A DNA stretch of 64,000 bases from Bdellovibrionales bacterium. Its GTDB lineage: Bacteria; Bdellovibrionota; Bdellovibrionia; Bdellovibrionales; UBA1609. Shown here piece after piece: positions 37,099 through 46,561 of the stretch (within the stretch, counting starts at the first letter, position 1; the number at the start of each line of letters is the position of its first letter). The notes under the pieces were generated by a model that saw nothing but the letters and a program-made list of their open reading frames with translations, had not been told where the DNA came from and did not search any database. Position numbers and translations under genes: made by a program. Location of the stretch: contig CBDHDF010000002.1 in the NCBI GenBank assembly GCA_965261545.1, forward strand, positions 130,417-194,416. The letters are read 5' to 3'.

Positions 37099-40038
37099 CT
37101 AACAGTGACCTAAAGCCATGAGACACTTGGGGCAAATTCCTTCGTATTCCCCCATTGTACCTAAATGAGAACTATAATGCCAACAACGCGGACACTTATC
37201 ACCAGCAGCTGAGTGGGCTTCCACTTTGAACTCATCAGCTTTCAGTTCATTGGCCTCTTGAAGTTGAACCTGGGAAACAATAAGAATTTCTCTCAAATAA
37301 TCAAATGGACCCTTTTCTTGGCCCTCTCCCTCTAAGGGGAGGTCTTGACCCTTCTGAATACCCTGAAGAACCTCTAAGAAAGTGGGTGGAGCATAAATAG
37401 TCACAGCGGCATCCAAACTAGAACCAATAACCTTATCCTTTCTCATGGGTTCAAGGACCTTAGACACAGCTGATCGCACCTCCATAACTTTTTCAACTTG
37501 CTCTTGAATTTTCTTGTTTTGCCATGCCGGTTGAAATTGAGGAAAATTCTCAAGAAAAACAGAAGGCGATCTCGTACCTGGAATATAACTATAAACCTCC
37601 TCACTGAGAAAACTTAAAATGGGGGCCATCAAAGTATTGAGGTGGGTTAACAGTTCATAAAATACTGTTTGAGAGGACCTTCGATTTCGCCCTTCTTTCG
37701 ACCAAGTATAGAGGCGATCTTTTAGAATATCTAAGTAGGTCGCTGACAAGTCCACAGTATAAAAATGGTTTACAGTATGATAAACCTTACAATATTCATA
37801 GGAGTCATAAAAAGATGTGACATCTTTGACCAACTGGTTGAGCTTTATGAGAGCCCATTGATCCAAGGGAGGCATATGGGAAAATTCAACCCCATGTATT
37901 TCTGGGTCGAAGTCCACAAGATTGCCCAACAAAAACCGAAGGGTGTTTCTGATGCGTCGATAAGACTCCGTCACTCTTTGGAAAATTTCTTGGCCCGCAT
38001 TGACATCTTGGCCATAGTCCTCATAAGCCACCCAAAGTCTAAGAATCTCAGCTCCACTGCTCTTAATAACCTCTGCGGGGTCCACAACATTTCCACGACT
38101 TTTGCTCATTTTCATGCCCTCGCTATCGTTGACAAAACCATGGGTGAGCAGGGCCTTAAAAGGAGGTTCACCATAGGCGGCAAGAGAAGAAACAAGACTT
38201 GTTTGAAACCAACCACGGTGCTGATCGCTTCCCTCAATGTAAATATCTGCGGGAAAACCCAACTCCTCCCTCTTTTTTTGAACCGCCGTATGACAAACTC
38301 CTGAGTCAAACCACACATCGAGAATATCCCGGCCATGGGTAAAAATTGTTCCCTGGCACTCCGAGCATTGGTAACCCTCTGTGAATTCCGAAGCGGGAGT
38401 GGAGTAAAAAGCCTCCAACCCTTGTCCTGTGGTTTTCATTTTATCTGCCACTCGATTCATGATCTCCGAGTGAGCCAATGGGGCCTCACATTGAGTGCAG
38501 AAAAAAACGGGCAATGGGACCCCCCAAATTCTTTGACGACTGAGACACCAGTCGGGACTGTGGCTTAACATGGATTCCAATCGCTGCTGCCCCCAGGAAG
38601 GGAAAAAAGCAATTTTATCTCGGCTGGCCTCTAGGGCTTTTGCCCGAATGGGGTGTTTCTCATCATCCATGCGTATAAACCACTGAGGGGTGGCTCTAAA
38701 AATGAGAGGGGTTTTGGTCCGCGGATTATGGGGGTAACTGTGAACCAGCTCACTGACACCGAGCAGATGCCCCGAAACCTTTAAATCATCGACAATCTTG
38801 GAGTTGGCCGTCCAAATTTTTTCCCCCGCATATTTGGAAACTTCTGAGGTATAGCGTCCGGCCTTATCCACGGGACTCTCCACGGGGAGCTTATACTTTT
38901 GAGCCACATAGTAATCATCCATACCATGGCCCGGTGCCGTATGCACACAGCCTGTCCCTGCCTCTAAGGTCACATGTTCACCAAGAATCACTAAGGAACT
39001 TCTTTCCATAAAGGGGTGCCTAGCCTTCATGCCCTCAAGCTCCGTCCCCTTAAAACGACCCATTTCCACAAGTCTGAAACCACAGGCTTTTTCCATGGAT
39101 TCTTTAAGGTCACAGGCAATAATAATATAATCTAAGGATTCTACAGAAGAGGATGGAGGAGCACCTGAAGTCTGCAAAGAGCCTACAGAACTTAAAGAGT
39201 TGTCACCGCTCTCAATCCACTTGAGTTGGAAGAGGCCATAATCAAAGTCCCCATGGAGAGCTATCCCATAGTTGGCAGGAAGGGTCCAAGGAGTGGTTGT
39301 CCAAATGACAAAAGAGAGGGAATCCCCTTCTCCAAAGAATCTCTCTACTTTTTCTTCTATTTTCTTTCTCCCAAATTTTTCCAGTTCAAATTTTACGAAA
39401 ATACTCAAACTCTTGTGATCACGATACTCAACCTCGGCCGCTGCCAGTGCTGTTTGAAGGGCGGGGCACCAATAAACAGGCTTTTCCCCATGGTAAAGAA
39501 GCCCCTTATCAAATATCTTCGCCACAACGGAAATCTCCTCAGCCTCATAGTCCGAGGTCATTGTAAGGTAGGGGTTTTCCCAATCTGCTAAAACCCCCAA
39601 TCTCGAAAACTGATCTCGATGCTTGACCACCCAACCTTGAGCCTCCTTACGGCAAAGCTCTCGAACTTGCTTGTCTGCCATCTCCTTGCGCTGTGAGCCA
39701 AGCTTTTTCATCACATTGAGTTCAATGGGTAATCCGTGGCAATCCCAGCCAGGGATAAAGGCGGCATAGAAACCTTTCATATTTTTGTATTTCATTGTTA
39801 TATCTTTTAAAATTCTATTCAAAGCATGGCCCACATGGATATCACCATTGGAGTAAATAGGGCCATCGGGCATCACAAACTTAGGGCGTCCCTGATTTTT
39901 TTCTACCATTTTCTTATAGATTTTTGTGGACTGCCACTTTGCAACAATTTCGGGCTCTTTCTTGGGAAGATTGCCCTTCATGGGAAAGTTTGTTTGAGGG
40001 AGATTGAGTGTGGATTTGAATCCGTTTTCTTGGGCCAT
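37099..40038 (-). CDS. ileS: Isoleucine--tRNA ligase (class I, type 1 with C-terminal zinc finger)
   Basis: 979 aa with the HIGH-type motif GDIHVGHALN, KMSKS, and C-terminal CPRCWHY...CPKC. Overall IleRS similarity is recognisable by eye. Confidence 0.95.
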   Translation of the reverse strand: MAQENGFKSTLNLPQTNFPMKGNLPKKEPEIVAKWQSTKIYKKMVEKNQGRPKFVMPDGPIYSNGDIHVGHALNRILKDITMKYKNMKGFYAAFIPGWDCHGLPIELNVMKKLGSQRKEMADKQVRELCRKEAQGWVVKHRDQFSRLGVLADWENPYLTMTSDYEAEEISVVAKIFDKGLLYHGEKPVYWCPALQTALAAAEVEYRDHKSLSIFVKFELEKFGRKKIEEKVERFFGEGDSLSFVIWTTTPWTLPANYGIALHGDFDYGLFQLKWIESGDNSLSSVGSLQTSGAPPSSSVESLDYIIIACDLKESMEKACGFRLVEMGRFKGTELEGMKARHPFMERSSLVILGEHVTLEAGTGCVHTAPGHGMDDYYVAQKYKLPVESPVDKAGRYTSEVSKYAGEKIWTANSKIVDDLKVSGHLLGVSELVHSYPHNPRTKTPLIFRATPQWFIRMDDEKHPIRAKALEASRDKIAFFPSWGQQRLESMLSHSPDWCLSRQRIWGVPLPVFFCTQCEAPLAHSEIMNRVADKMKTTGQGLEAFYSTPASEFTEGYQCSECQGTIFTHGRDILDVWFDSGVCHTAVQKKREELGFPADIYIEGSDQHRGWFQTSLVSSLAAYGEPPFKALLTHGFVNDSEGMKMSKSRGNVVDPAEVIKSSGAEILRLWVAYEDYGQDVNAGQEIFQRVTESYRRIRNTLRFLLGNLVDFDPEIHGVEFSHMPPLDQWALIKLNQLVKDVTSFYDSYEYCKVYHTVNHFYTVDLSATYLDILKDRLYTWSKEGRNRRSSQTVFYELLTHLNTLMAPILSFLSEEVYSYIPGTRSPSVFLENFPQFQPAWQNKKIQEQVEKVMEVRSAVSKVLEPMRKDKVIGSSLDAAVTIYAPPTFLEVLQGIQKGQDLPLEGEGQEKGPFDYLREILIVSQVQLQEANELKADEFKVEAHSAAGDKCPRCWHYSSHLGTMGEYEGICPKCLMALGHC

Positions 40039-40183
40039 AAAGCGTCCTCCTCCACAAAGTATTAAGAGTGCAACAATATAAAAGTGTAAATGTGTAAATG
40101 CGTAAATTTGTAAAAATATACAGTGTAAAAGCGTCGTTTTTTATGCGCCAAAAGAGCCACTGTCAAGGCACATTTGAAAGTAG

Positions 40184-40861
40184 CTATTTGATCTTTTCAA
40201 ACCCCAATGCCACCAGAAAGCGAAGGGCTTCGTTGGGGTGGCTCAAGTTGAGCCGCTCACAAGTCATATGAATGCAGGTTCTCGTCCTCTCATCAATAAC
40301 TAGAACTTGGGCATGCCCCCCCTGGGCAGGAGCAGCCAAAATCTGGTCATAATGACCCCCAGCCCCTTGGACAGGAGCAGCCAAAATCTGGTCATGATGG
40401 CTTCCAGCTCCTTGGGCAGGAGTAGCCAAAGTTTCATGAAAAGATAAATCATCTTCGACAACGTCGGATCCTAAATTTTCTCCCAAGATTTCCCTAGGTG
40501 GCGTAGGTGGCGATGGCGATTCAAGTGGACCAACTTGAGCCACTTGAGGGGACTCCTCCTCATCATCAAAGGCTTTTAGGCCCTGAGCCAAGTTTTTGAG
40601 ATCAGATTGAAACTCCTCAGGACTCACGCGGCTCTTGGCTCGTCCCCTTTGACGCTGTTGCTGCTTAAACAAAGAAACCATGTCATCTGCCGACCGTGCT
40701 AATTCACGAATGGACGGAGGTTGGTGCTGCAGCCAATCATAGGCTTCAACAAGCATTTCTCGAGTATAGGCTTGAGGGGGCAAGGGTCTTATCATGATAG
40801 AACCCATACTAGGGACTCTCTTCTCGTCCATCAAGATCAAATCAACACTGCACCCCTCCAT
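40184..40861 (-). CDS. Hypothetical protein with internal repeats of about 15 aa
   Basis: 225-aa ORF. The central part repeats the unit A.PAQGAG.H.DQIL (about 48 bp at the DNA level, 40300-40440). No motif was recognised and the start is uncertain (several in-frame Met). Confidence 0.5.
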   Translation of the reverse strand: MEGCSVDLILMDEKRVPSMGSIMIRPLPPQAYTREMLVEAYDWLQHQPPSIRELARSADDMVSLFKQQQRQRGRAKSRVSPEEFQSDLKNLAQGLKAFDDEEESPQVAQVGPLESPSPPTPPREILGENLGSDVVEDDLSFHETLATPAQGAGSHHDQILAAPVQGAGGHYDQILAAPAQGGHAQVLVIDERTRTCIHMTCERLNLSHPNEALRFLVALGFEKIK

Positions 40862-40976
40862 AATTCACCCATAGGTGTCAACAATAGGAGTTAGCAATGA
40901 AGAACCGGCAATAGACAGGCAAGGCTTCTTCCTTTCAAAGCCCCTTTTCTTAGTAAAATTCTTAGTAAAATTTACG

Positions 40977-41008
40977 AAAAAAAAGCCTTTCCCCAAAAAG
41001 GAAAGGCC
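40977..41008 (-). terminator. Rho-independent terminator for the 41093..41695 gene
   Basis: On the minus strand, the 8-bp stem gcctttcc/ggaaaggc with a 7-nt loop is followed immediately by T8. Confidence 0.7.
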
Positions 41009-41092
41009 CTGCTACTTGCTAAATCTCTAAATTGTTTGTCACATATAGTCACAAATATTAAATTTTGTCACGCTAAAAGCTTGTTGTTAAAG

Positions 41093-41695
41093 TTAAAATG
41101 CAAGTTCACCATAGACATCAATAACAAGATCACTAGCTTGATCAATACCTGTAAGATTGTCAGTGCGCCCCATAGTCATGTTCCATTCAGCACGGCTGAA
41201 ATCATTGTAATATTCGCTGATACGCTTTGCAAAAGTAAATGCCGCAAGAACACGATTATTCTTTTGAGCCTTAATCACAACATATAAGGTGTCACAAAGC
41301 GTTCCTGTGCAAAAGGCATCAGCAATGAGATTTTGATCCTTGTGCTTTAAAGTTCCAGCAAAAGTGTTAAGAGACGTATCATTATGGTGATTGGATTTGT
41401 AGTTGCGCTTAATAACACCCTCCATACGAATCTCTATTTCTTTGTCTTCTTCACCGTCGATAAGAATATCTGCATCCATATTCAAAGAGATGTCCAACTT
41501 GTCAGAACTTCGCAACTGAAAATCTACACTTGCTGTGGCCTCATCTTGCAATCTAAGAACTCCTTGGCCATCCGCAGTGGCTGCCGTGTTAGGCTCCCCT
41601 GCTGGTTTGTAAGATCGAGGTCCATTGCAAGCAATGACCAATGCAATTAAACTTCCTAAGGTTGATAATGCTATAATTCCCTTCACTCTATTCAT
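41093..41695 (-). CDS. Hypothetical lipoprotein
   Basis: I chose the start at the ATG at 41695, preceded by the RBS aaggag. The signal is MNRVKGIIALSTLGSLIALVIA-C-NG (canonical lipobox). The ORF-track N-terminal extension is unlikely. Confidence 0.65.
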   Translation of the reverse strand: MNRVKGIIALSTLGSLIALVIACNGPRSYKPAGEPNTAATADGQGVLRLQDEATASVDFQLRSSDKLDISLNMDADILIDGEEDKEIEIRMEGVIKRNYKSNHHNDTSLNTFAGTLKHKDQNLIADAFCTGTLCDTLYVVIKAQKNNRVLAAFTFAKRISEYYNDFSRAEWNMTMGRTDNLTGIDQASDLVIDVYGELAF

Positions 41696-42020
41696 TTTCT
41701 TCTCCTTTGTGGATGGAGCTTTGTTTTGAAAACCCCATGGCTTCAATGGTTTCAATAAATACTTCTCCCGCTCTCTATCCAACACTCTTCTAAACATAGG
41801 CTGAATATGCTGAAATATTTATTGCTGACATATTTATAGGAATAATAAGAAGCAAAAGAGATACCACCTTCACTGTATTCGCTCTATTGAAATCATTCAG
41901 TAATTTAGGATAAGAAACTTCGCACAGATTCTCGGCTGTCTACTTTTTGACAAAACAACACGAAATTAAACAAAAAGACACTGTGGATAACCAGATCCAG
42001 TGATATCATCCCCAGCAGTA

Positions 42021-43424
42021 TTAAACCCAGCGATACAGAGCGACTGTCGCAATGCCTAGAAAAGAAAGATAACTACAGATATCTGTCACCATAGTGATAA
42101 GAACTCCACTTCCCAGAGCGGGATCCTTTCCCATTTTTCTCAGAAAAAGAGGGGTGAGTGCGCCCGCCGCCGAAGCAATGACAGAACTTAGCACCATGGA
42201 GATACAAAGAATAATAGACACCTTCAATTGCCCCTTCCAAAAGTATGTCAATAGACCGCCGGTGAGCCCCATAATAAAGCCAATGGAGAGCCCCACAGCC
42301 ACTTCTCTTAGAATGGCCTTTGAATAGGAAGTAAAGCCAAAGTCACCCAAAGCCATCCCCCGAGTCATCACTGTCAATGTTTGAATAGCTGTATTTCCGC
42401 TCATTCCCGCCACAATATTCTTAAGTGTGGCTAAAATAATCACCTCATTCATAGTCCTCTCAAAGACACTGACCACAAGACTCGCCATCACAGCAAGAAA
42501 AAGATTGAGTAACATCCATGGCAGTCGATTTTTAAGCTTTTTAGTATATGTTGAAAAAACCCTATCATCCTCTTGAAGACCCACTTGAGCATAGATGTTG
42601 GCTGTGGCCTGATCCTGTATAATATCTAAAACATCATCAATGGTCACAATTCCCAAAAGCCGACTCTGGGTATCCACCACAGGGACAGCAATAAAGTCAT
42701 AGCGAGAAACAATTTGCGCCACATCTTCTGAAGATGTCTCTGGCGAAACCGTCACAATATCCCTCTGAATCATATCTTCCAGCTTCACATCAGACTTCGC
42801 CACAGCAAGCTTGCGCAGAGAAACAATGCCCGCCAAACACCCCCACCCTATACCTTTCACTTTTTCATCCACATCATCATTATCTGCACCCACACAGTAT
42901 ATATAGTATATAGAAAGCTCTGGAGACTTTGTTCGAATCCTCTCCAAGCCCTCACTGGCTGTAAGGTGTGAGGGAAGGCAAAATATCTGTGTCTGCATGA
43001 TACGCCCTGCGCAACCTTGGGGATAATTGAGAAACTGCAAAATACGCTGACACTGGGGGGCTTGTAGCTGCTCCAATATCTTGTTTTTTAGCTCCTCTCC
43101 TCCTCTCATCTCAGAGATAACATGGAGAAAATGAGCCCCATATTCTTCTGAAGAATAAACAACCAGCTTGAATATCTGTTCTTCTTCCAACTCCTCCAAA
43201 ATATCTTGGAGCTGCTGCTCGGGAAGTTCCATAAGAACTTGGGTCGCTCGCCCCACAGAAGTTAAAACATCAAAAATAAGACGAACTTCTCGAACACTCA
43301 AATCCCCCATTAAAGAAGCGATATCTGCGGGCGCAAGCTTACAGAGAATCGAGCGCAGAGGGCGACTGCTACGCCCCACAAGAAGACGCTTAATAATAGA
43401 AATATTGCCTAAATTCAGTTTCAT
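42021..43424 (-). CDS. mgtE: Magnesium transporter MgtE
   Basis: 467 aa with an MgtE-type N-domain and a CBS pair (...LLGIVTIDDVLDIIQDQATANIY...). The C-terminus has a five-helix membrane domain. Confidence 0.88.
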   Translation of the reverse strand: MKLNLGNISIIKRLLVGRSSRPLRSILCKLAPADIASLMGDLSVREVRLIFDVLTSVGRATQVLMELPEQQLQDILEELEEEQIFKLVVYSSEEYGAHFLHVISEMRGGEELKNKILEQLQAPQCQRILQFLNYPQGCAGRIMQTQIFCLPSHLTASEGLERIRTKSPELSIYYIYCVGADNDDVDEKVKGIGWGCLAGIVSLRKLAVAKSDVKLEDMIQRDIVTVSPETSSEDVAQIVSRYDFIAVPVVDTQSRLLGIVTIDDVLDIIQDQATANIYAQVGLQEDDRVFSTYTKKLKNRLPWMLLNLFLAVMASLVVSVFERTMNEVIILATLKNIVAGMSGNTAIQTLTVMTRGMALGDFGFTSYSKAILREVAVGLSIGFIMGLTGGLLTYFWKGQLKVSIILCISMVLSSVIASAAGALTPLFLRKMGKDPALGSGVLITMVTDICSYLSFLGIATVALYRWV

Positions 43425-43458
43425 AAAGCTCCCCCCCCCTTATAGCACCTAGCTTGCC

Positions 43459-43668
43459 ATTGGGTCATAAATAACCGACACCAAGGCACTCATGCCTCTA
43501 TGCCCCATGAAGGGTTCCAAAGTCATGGCTATTTAGTACATAATATGCAAGAATGCCTTGAATATTGAATGCTAGATACTGGATACTCAATTTAATATCC
43601 CATTCAATATTCAATATTAAGACCATGGGGCCATGGGGCATGAGTGAATGATTGAGCTTTGACCCAAT
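43459..43668. repeat. Long imperfect palindrome of about 210 bp in the divergent mgtE/greA intergenic region
   Basis: Nested inverted pairs: attgggtca (43459-67) with tgacccaat (43660-68); cactcatgcc/atgccccatg (43488-43509) with catggggcatgagtg (43632-46); gaatattgaatg (43560-71) with cattcaatattc (43601-12). Confidence 0.75.
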
Positions 43669-43745
43669 CCCATTATAGATATAAACTATAGAAAGTCGGC
43701 TTAGGGCTAAACTAACCTAACTGAGGGCCTATTTGGAGAGAAACT

Positions 43746-44225
43746 ATGGTAGATCATAAACACCCGATGACAACCTACGGCAAGCTCCAGCTTGAAAAAG
43801 AACTCAAGCGACTTTTACAGGAGGAGCGACCTGCTATTATTCAGTCCATTGAAGAGGCTCGCAGTCATGGTGACCTTAGTGAAAATGCGGACTACGATGC
43901 CGCCAAGGAGAGACAAGCCTTTGCAGAAGCTCGCATTGGAGAGCTTCAAGGTAAGATTGCCGGCGCAGAAGTCATCGACCCCTCCCAAATCCATGAAGAT
44001 CACATTGTTTTTGGCGCCCATGTCATCCTAGAGGATCCCAATACTGAAGAAAGATCCACATACCAACTCGTTGGTGAAGATGAAGCCAATGTCAAAGAGG
44101 GAAAAATTTCTGTATTTTCACCCCTCGCTCGCTCTATGATTGGAAAGAAGGAGGGAGACTCCTTTGAGCTTCGAAGTCCAAAAGGAGTGAGAGAATTTAA
44201 AGTTATTAAGCTTTTCTTTCAATAA
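43746..44225 (+). CDS. greA: Transcription elongation factor GreA
   Basis: 159 aa with an N-terminal coiled-coil carrying ...HGDLSENADYDAAKE... (the conserved acidic tip). The RBS ggagag lies 5 nt upstream. Confidence 0.9.
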   Translation: MVDHKHPMTTYGKLQLEKELKRLLQEERPAIIQSIEEARSHGDLSENADYDAAKERQAFAEARIGELQGKIAGAEVIDPSQIHEDHIVFGAHVILEDPNTEERSTYQLVGEDEANVKEGKISVFSPLARSMIGKKEGDSFELRSPKGVREFKVIKLFFQ

Positions 44226-44291
44226 CTTCATTCATAAAAACAAAGAGATGAGATCATAAAAGAGATTAAGTCATAGAGAATTGATATCACT

Positions 44292-46469
44292 GTGAAATCA
44301 CAAGCCCCATGGATCATTTTTACCTTCTGCCTTCTCACAGCCTCATTCATGGGGGGGGCCATTAGCTCCCTATCTTCCCAGACTCAGATCCGCAAGGCTT
44401 TCCAAGAGTTCATCAAAGACAAAAAGATTCCCCTTGAATTTCAATCTGAATCCATAAATATGAGTCTTTCCAATGGAATATGGCCTCGATTTGGCGTGGA
44501 ATTTAAAAAAATTGATATCTCATCCACAGAGGAGTGCGTGGGAACCACGCTCCACATTCCCTATGCCTACCTGCCTGTTTCCATCTTTTCCCTCCTTCGA
44601 CAGCATTTCAAACTGGGAACCATTGATATCCAGTCTTCCCACCTCCATTGGCACCCCAACCGATGCCAAGAAGAAGCCTCTCCACTCAAACCTACTCCAC
44701 AACGGGAGCGAGAGAATATAGGCCAAAAAAATAATACGCCGGGCCAAGAGGAGAGCCCACCCTCTAATAAGTCCCATTTTCACAGAGATCTCTCCTCCCA
44801 GGGTCTCCAAAAAGCCATGAAAAGGGTCCAAGAAAATATACCCCAAATTCAAGATTTCATGAGAAATCAATGGGTCTCCGATATCCAACGACTCTCTCAG
44901 TGGGTGGGGGGGCTGCACCTAAAAAACACCAGCATCTCCCAAGGCCCCCACCACAAACATGTGGTCACTGTCCAAACGATCTTCACTTACTTATCTTCAA
45001 AAGACAACAAACTCGTTATTAGCGCCCATCTACAGCCCACTCAAAAAAACTATAAAAGCTGGACGTTTCGAACTCCCTTACAAGTTCGCCTGGAAATAGG
45101 GCCTCAGTCCCAACAATTTTTTCTCACTTTCCAGATCAAAGAAGGAAAAGTCAGGCTGCACGCTAGAGCCAACACGGATAATTTACATTTCGATACCGAA
45201 GTTGATATTCGCCATTTACCCCTCAAAGAAATGGTTCACCTTTTGGGTCCATATGGAGGTCTTTCCCCCGAAGTACAAAAAATGCTGATGCTAAAAATGT
45301 TCTGGCTTAACTGCAAAGCACACTGGAGTGGACTCCTCAATCACCTAGAAAGGAGTCAAATTCAAACAAAATCTTGTCAATTTATCAGTAACAAGGGAAC
45401 CATTTCTTTCCCTCTTCTAGATATTCACCCTTTAAAAGAAACCTTCCTAAAGCGCACTTCCATCAAGATAGAAAAACTTTCTATTTCAAAGATAGTCCAC
45501 TCACTCACAAAAACAAAAGCAACAAGGGCTCTAGCTCACTTTGGGATCCTCAATGGAGAAGTAAATTTCTTACCTAGCGATGGGTGGAAAATACTCTTAA
45601 ATTTCCAAGATATGACCCTCCCTTTTTCTAAAAGAGGAAAACGCATTGTTCAAGAAATCTCAAGCCTCCACTTAATTGGCAACTATCATAAGAACGAGGG
45701 ACTTCACCTCAAAGTGAATGATATTCAAATGAAAGACGGAAGCTTTCAAGGAAATATCAAAATTCATTCAAATAAAGACTCCAAAGAAATCAATTTTTTG
45801 GCTCAAATAAAACACCTCGACTTTGCTCCCAGCGTCAAAGAATTGATGTCTATAGACTCAATATCTCCCTTTGAACTTCGCCTCTCTCACAATATCAAGC
45901 AAGAAAAGTGGGGAGCTTGGACAGGCGAAATCAAAGCCTCCAAGATTCAAGGCAAGCAATTTCTTATTAAAGATTTTTCCATAAAAGGACAATTTGAAAA
46001 AAGAATTTTCATAGGAACCTTTAACATCGACCAAGTTAAATTCACATCCAAACACCCTTACTTCCCTTGGATCACCCCCCTTTTTTTAGGACAAGTCCAC
46101 AACACGAAAAGTGTCAGCTTGAAAAAATTCACTGCCTCCATGGCCATTCAAAGAGAAGGTGGAGCTTGGAAGAAAGCCTCTGGTCATGAACTCCATAATA
46201 CCTTTGCCTTTCAGTCTGAAGGGTTTTGGAAGAAAAAAGGGGCGATGCAAGGACGATTCCTTCTCAAAACCTCTACACGCCCTCCCTTAATGTGGGACAT
46301 AGGTGGGAGCACCCATGCCCCCACTCTCATACCTCAAGCCCAAGTCATTGAAGTCCTCTCCAAAAGTTCTATGAGTGGAGACTCTGTAAGTAAAGATCCT
46401 GTAAGTAAAGATCCTGTAAGTCCAAACATGTCTCCTCGCGAGCGCTGGCAATATGTCAAAGATTTATAA
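44292..46469 (+). CDS. Large membrane-anchored hypothetical protein (AsmA-like architecture, speculative)
   Basis: 725 aa with a GTG start and a single N-terminal TM helix (WIIFTFCLLTASFMGGAI), followed by a long beta-rich region. The C-terminus has a tandem VSKDP duplication. Confidence 0.55.
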   Translation: MKSQAPWIIFTFCLLTASFMGGAISSLSSQTQIRKAFQEFIKDKKIPLEFQSESINMSLSNGIWPRFGVEFKKIDISSTEECVGTTLHIPYAYLPVSIFSLLRQHFKLGTIDIQSSHLHWHPNRCQEEASPLKPTPQRERENIGQKNNTPGQEESPPSNKSHFHRDLSSQGLQKAMKRVQENIPQIQDFMRNQWVSDIQRLSQWVGGLHLKNTSISQGPHHKHVVTVQTIFTYLSSKDNKLVISAHLQPTQKNYKSWTFRTPLQVRLEIGPQSQQFFLTFQIKEGKVRLHARANTDNLHFDTEVDIRHLPLKEMVHLLGPYGGLSPEVQKMLMLKMFWLNCKAHWSGLLNHLERSQIQTKSCQFISNKGTISFPLLDIHPLKETFLKRTSIKIEKLSISKIVHSLTKTKATRALAHFGILNGEVNFLPSDGWKILLNFQDMTLPFSKRGKRIVQEISSLHLIGNYHKNEGLHLKVNDIQMKDGSFQGNIKIHSNKDSKEINFLAQIKHLDFAPSVKELMSIDSISPFELRLSHNIKQEKWGAWTGEIKASKIQGKQFLIKDFSIKGQFEKRIFIGTFNIDQVKFTSKHPYFPWITPLFLGQVHNTKSVSLKKFTASMAIQREGGAWKKASGHELHNTFAFQSEGFWKKKGAMQGRFLLKTSTRPPLMWDIGGSTHAPTLIPQAQVIEVLSKSSMSGDSVSKDPVSKDPVSPNMSPRERWQYVKDL

Positions 46470-46561
46470 CCACTATTTTCTTGCAAATTAGGAATTCATC
46501 AGTTAAATATTTCCTATTTGACTGCAACTTTTATGAGTTCCCTATTTTTATTGGAGAGGCT

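Larger units (their letters stand above)
28956..38345. repeat. Head-to-tail tandem amplification, 3 x 3130 bp, apparently 100 percent identical
   Basis: The units are 28956-32085, 32086-35215 and 35216-38345. All ORFs inside them, on both strands, give identical translations at a constant 3130-bp offset, and spot-checked DNA lines are identical. The novel junction ...ggccatgggtaaaaa|atgaaagttaaattgg... occurs at 32085/32086 and 35215/35216. The native right flank continues ...gggtaaaaattgttccc (38346 onward) and the native left flank is ...ggaaggacaa|atgaaag. Confidence 0.95.

Noticed and set aside
31505-38304. A 179-aa plus-strand ORF and 74-aa or 84-aa ORFs present three times (31505.., 34635.., 37765.., etc.)
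   Set aside because: They are antisense to the conserved ileS and vWA coding sequence. The triple occurrence is explained entirely by the 3130-bp amplification.
28956-38345. Large regular repeats considered as a possible CRISPR array or mobile element
   Set aside because: The units are 3.1 kb, contain ordinary genes, have no spacers, and are not flanked by a transposase, integrase, terminal inverted repeats or target-site duplication. They are a tandem segmental amplification.
43425-43745. A known M-box (ykoK) Mg2+ riboswitch upstream of mgtE
   Set aside because: I could not find the conserved M-box sequence blocks by eye. Only the unusual palindrome is reported, as a hypothesis.
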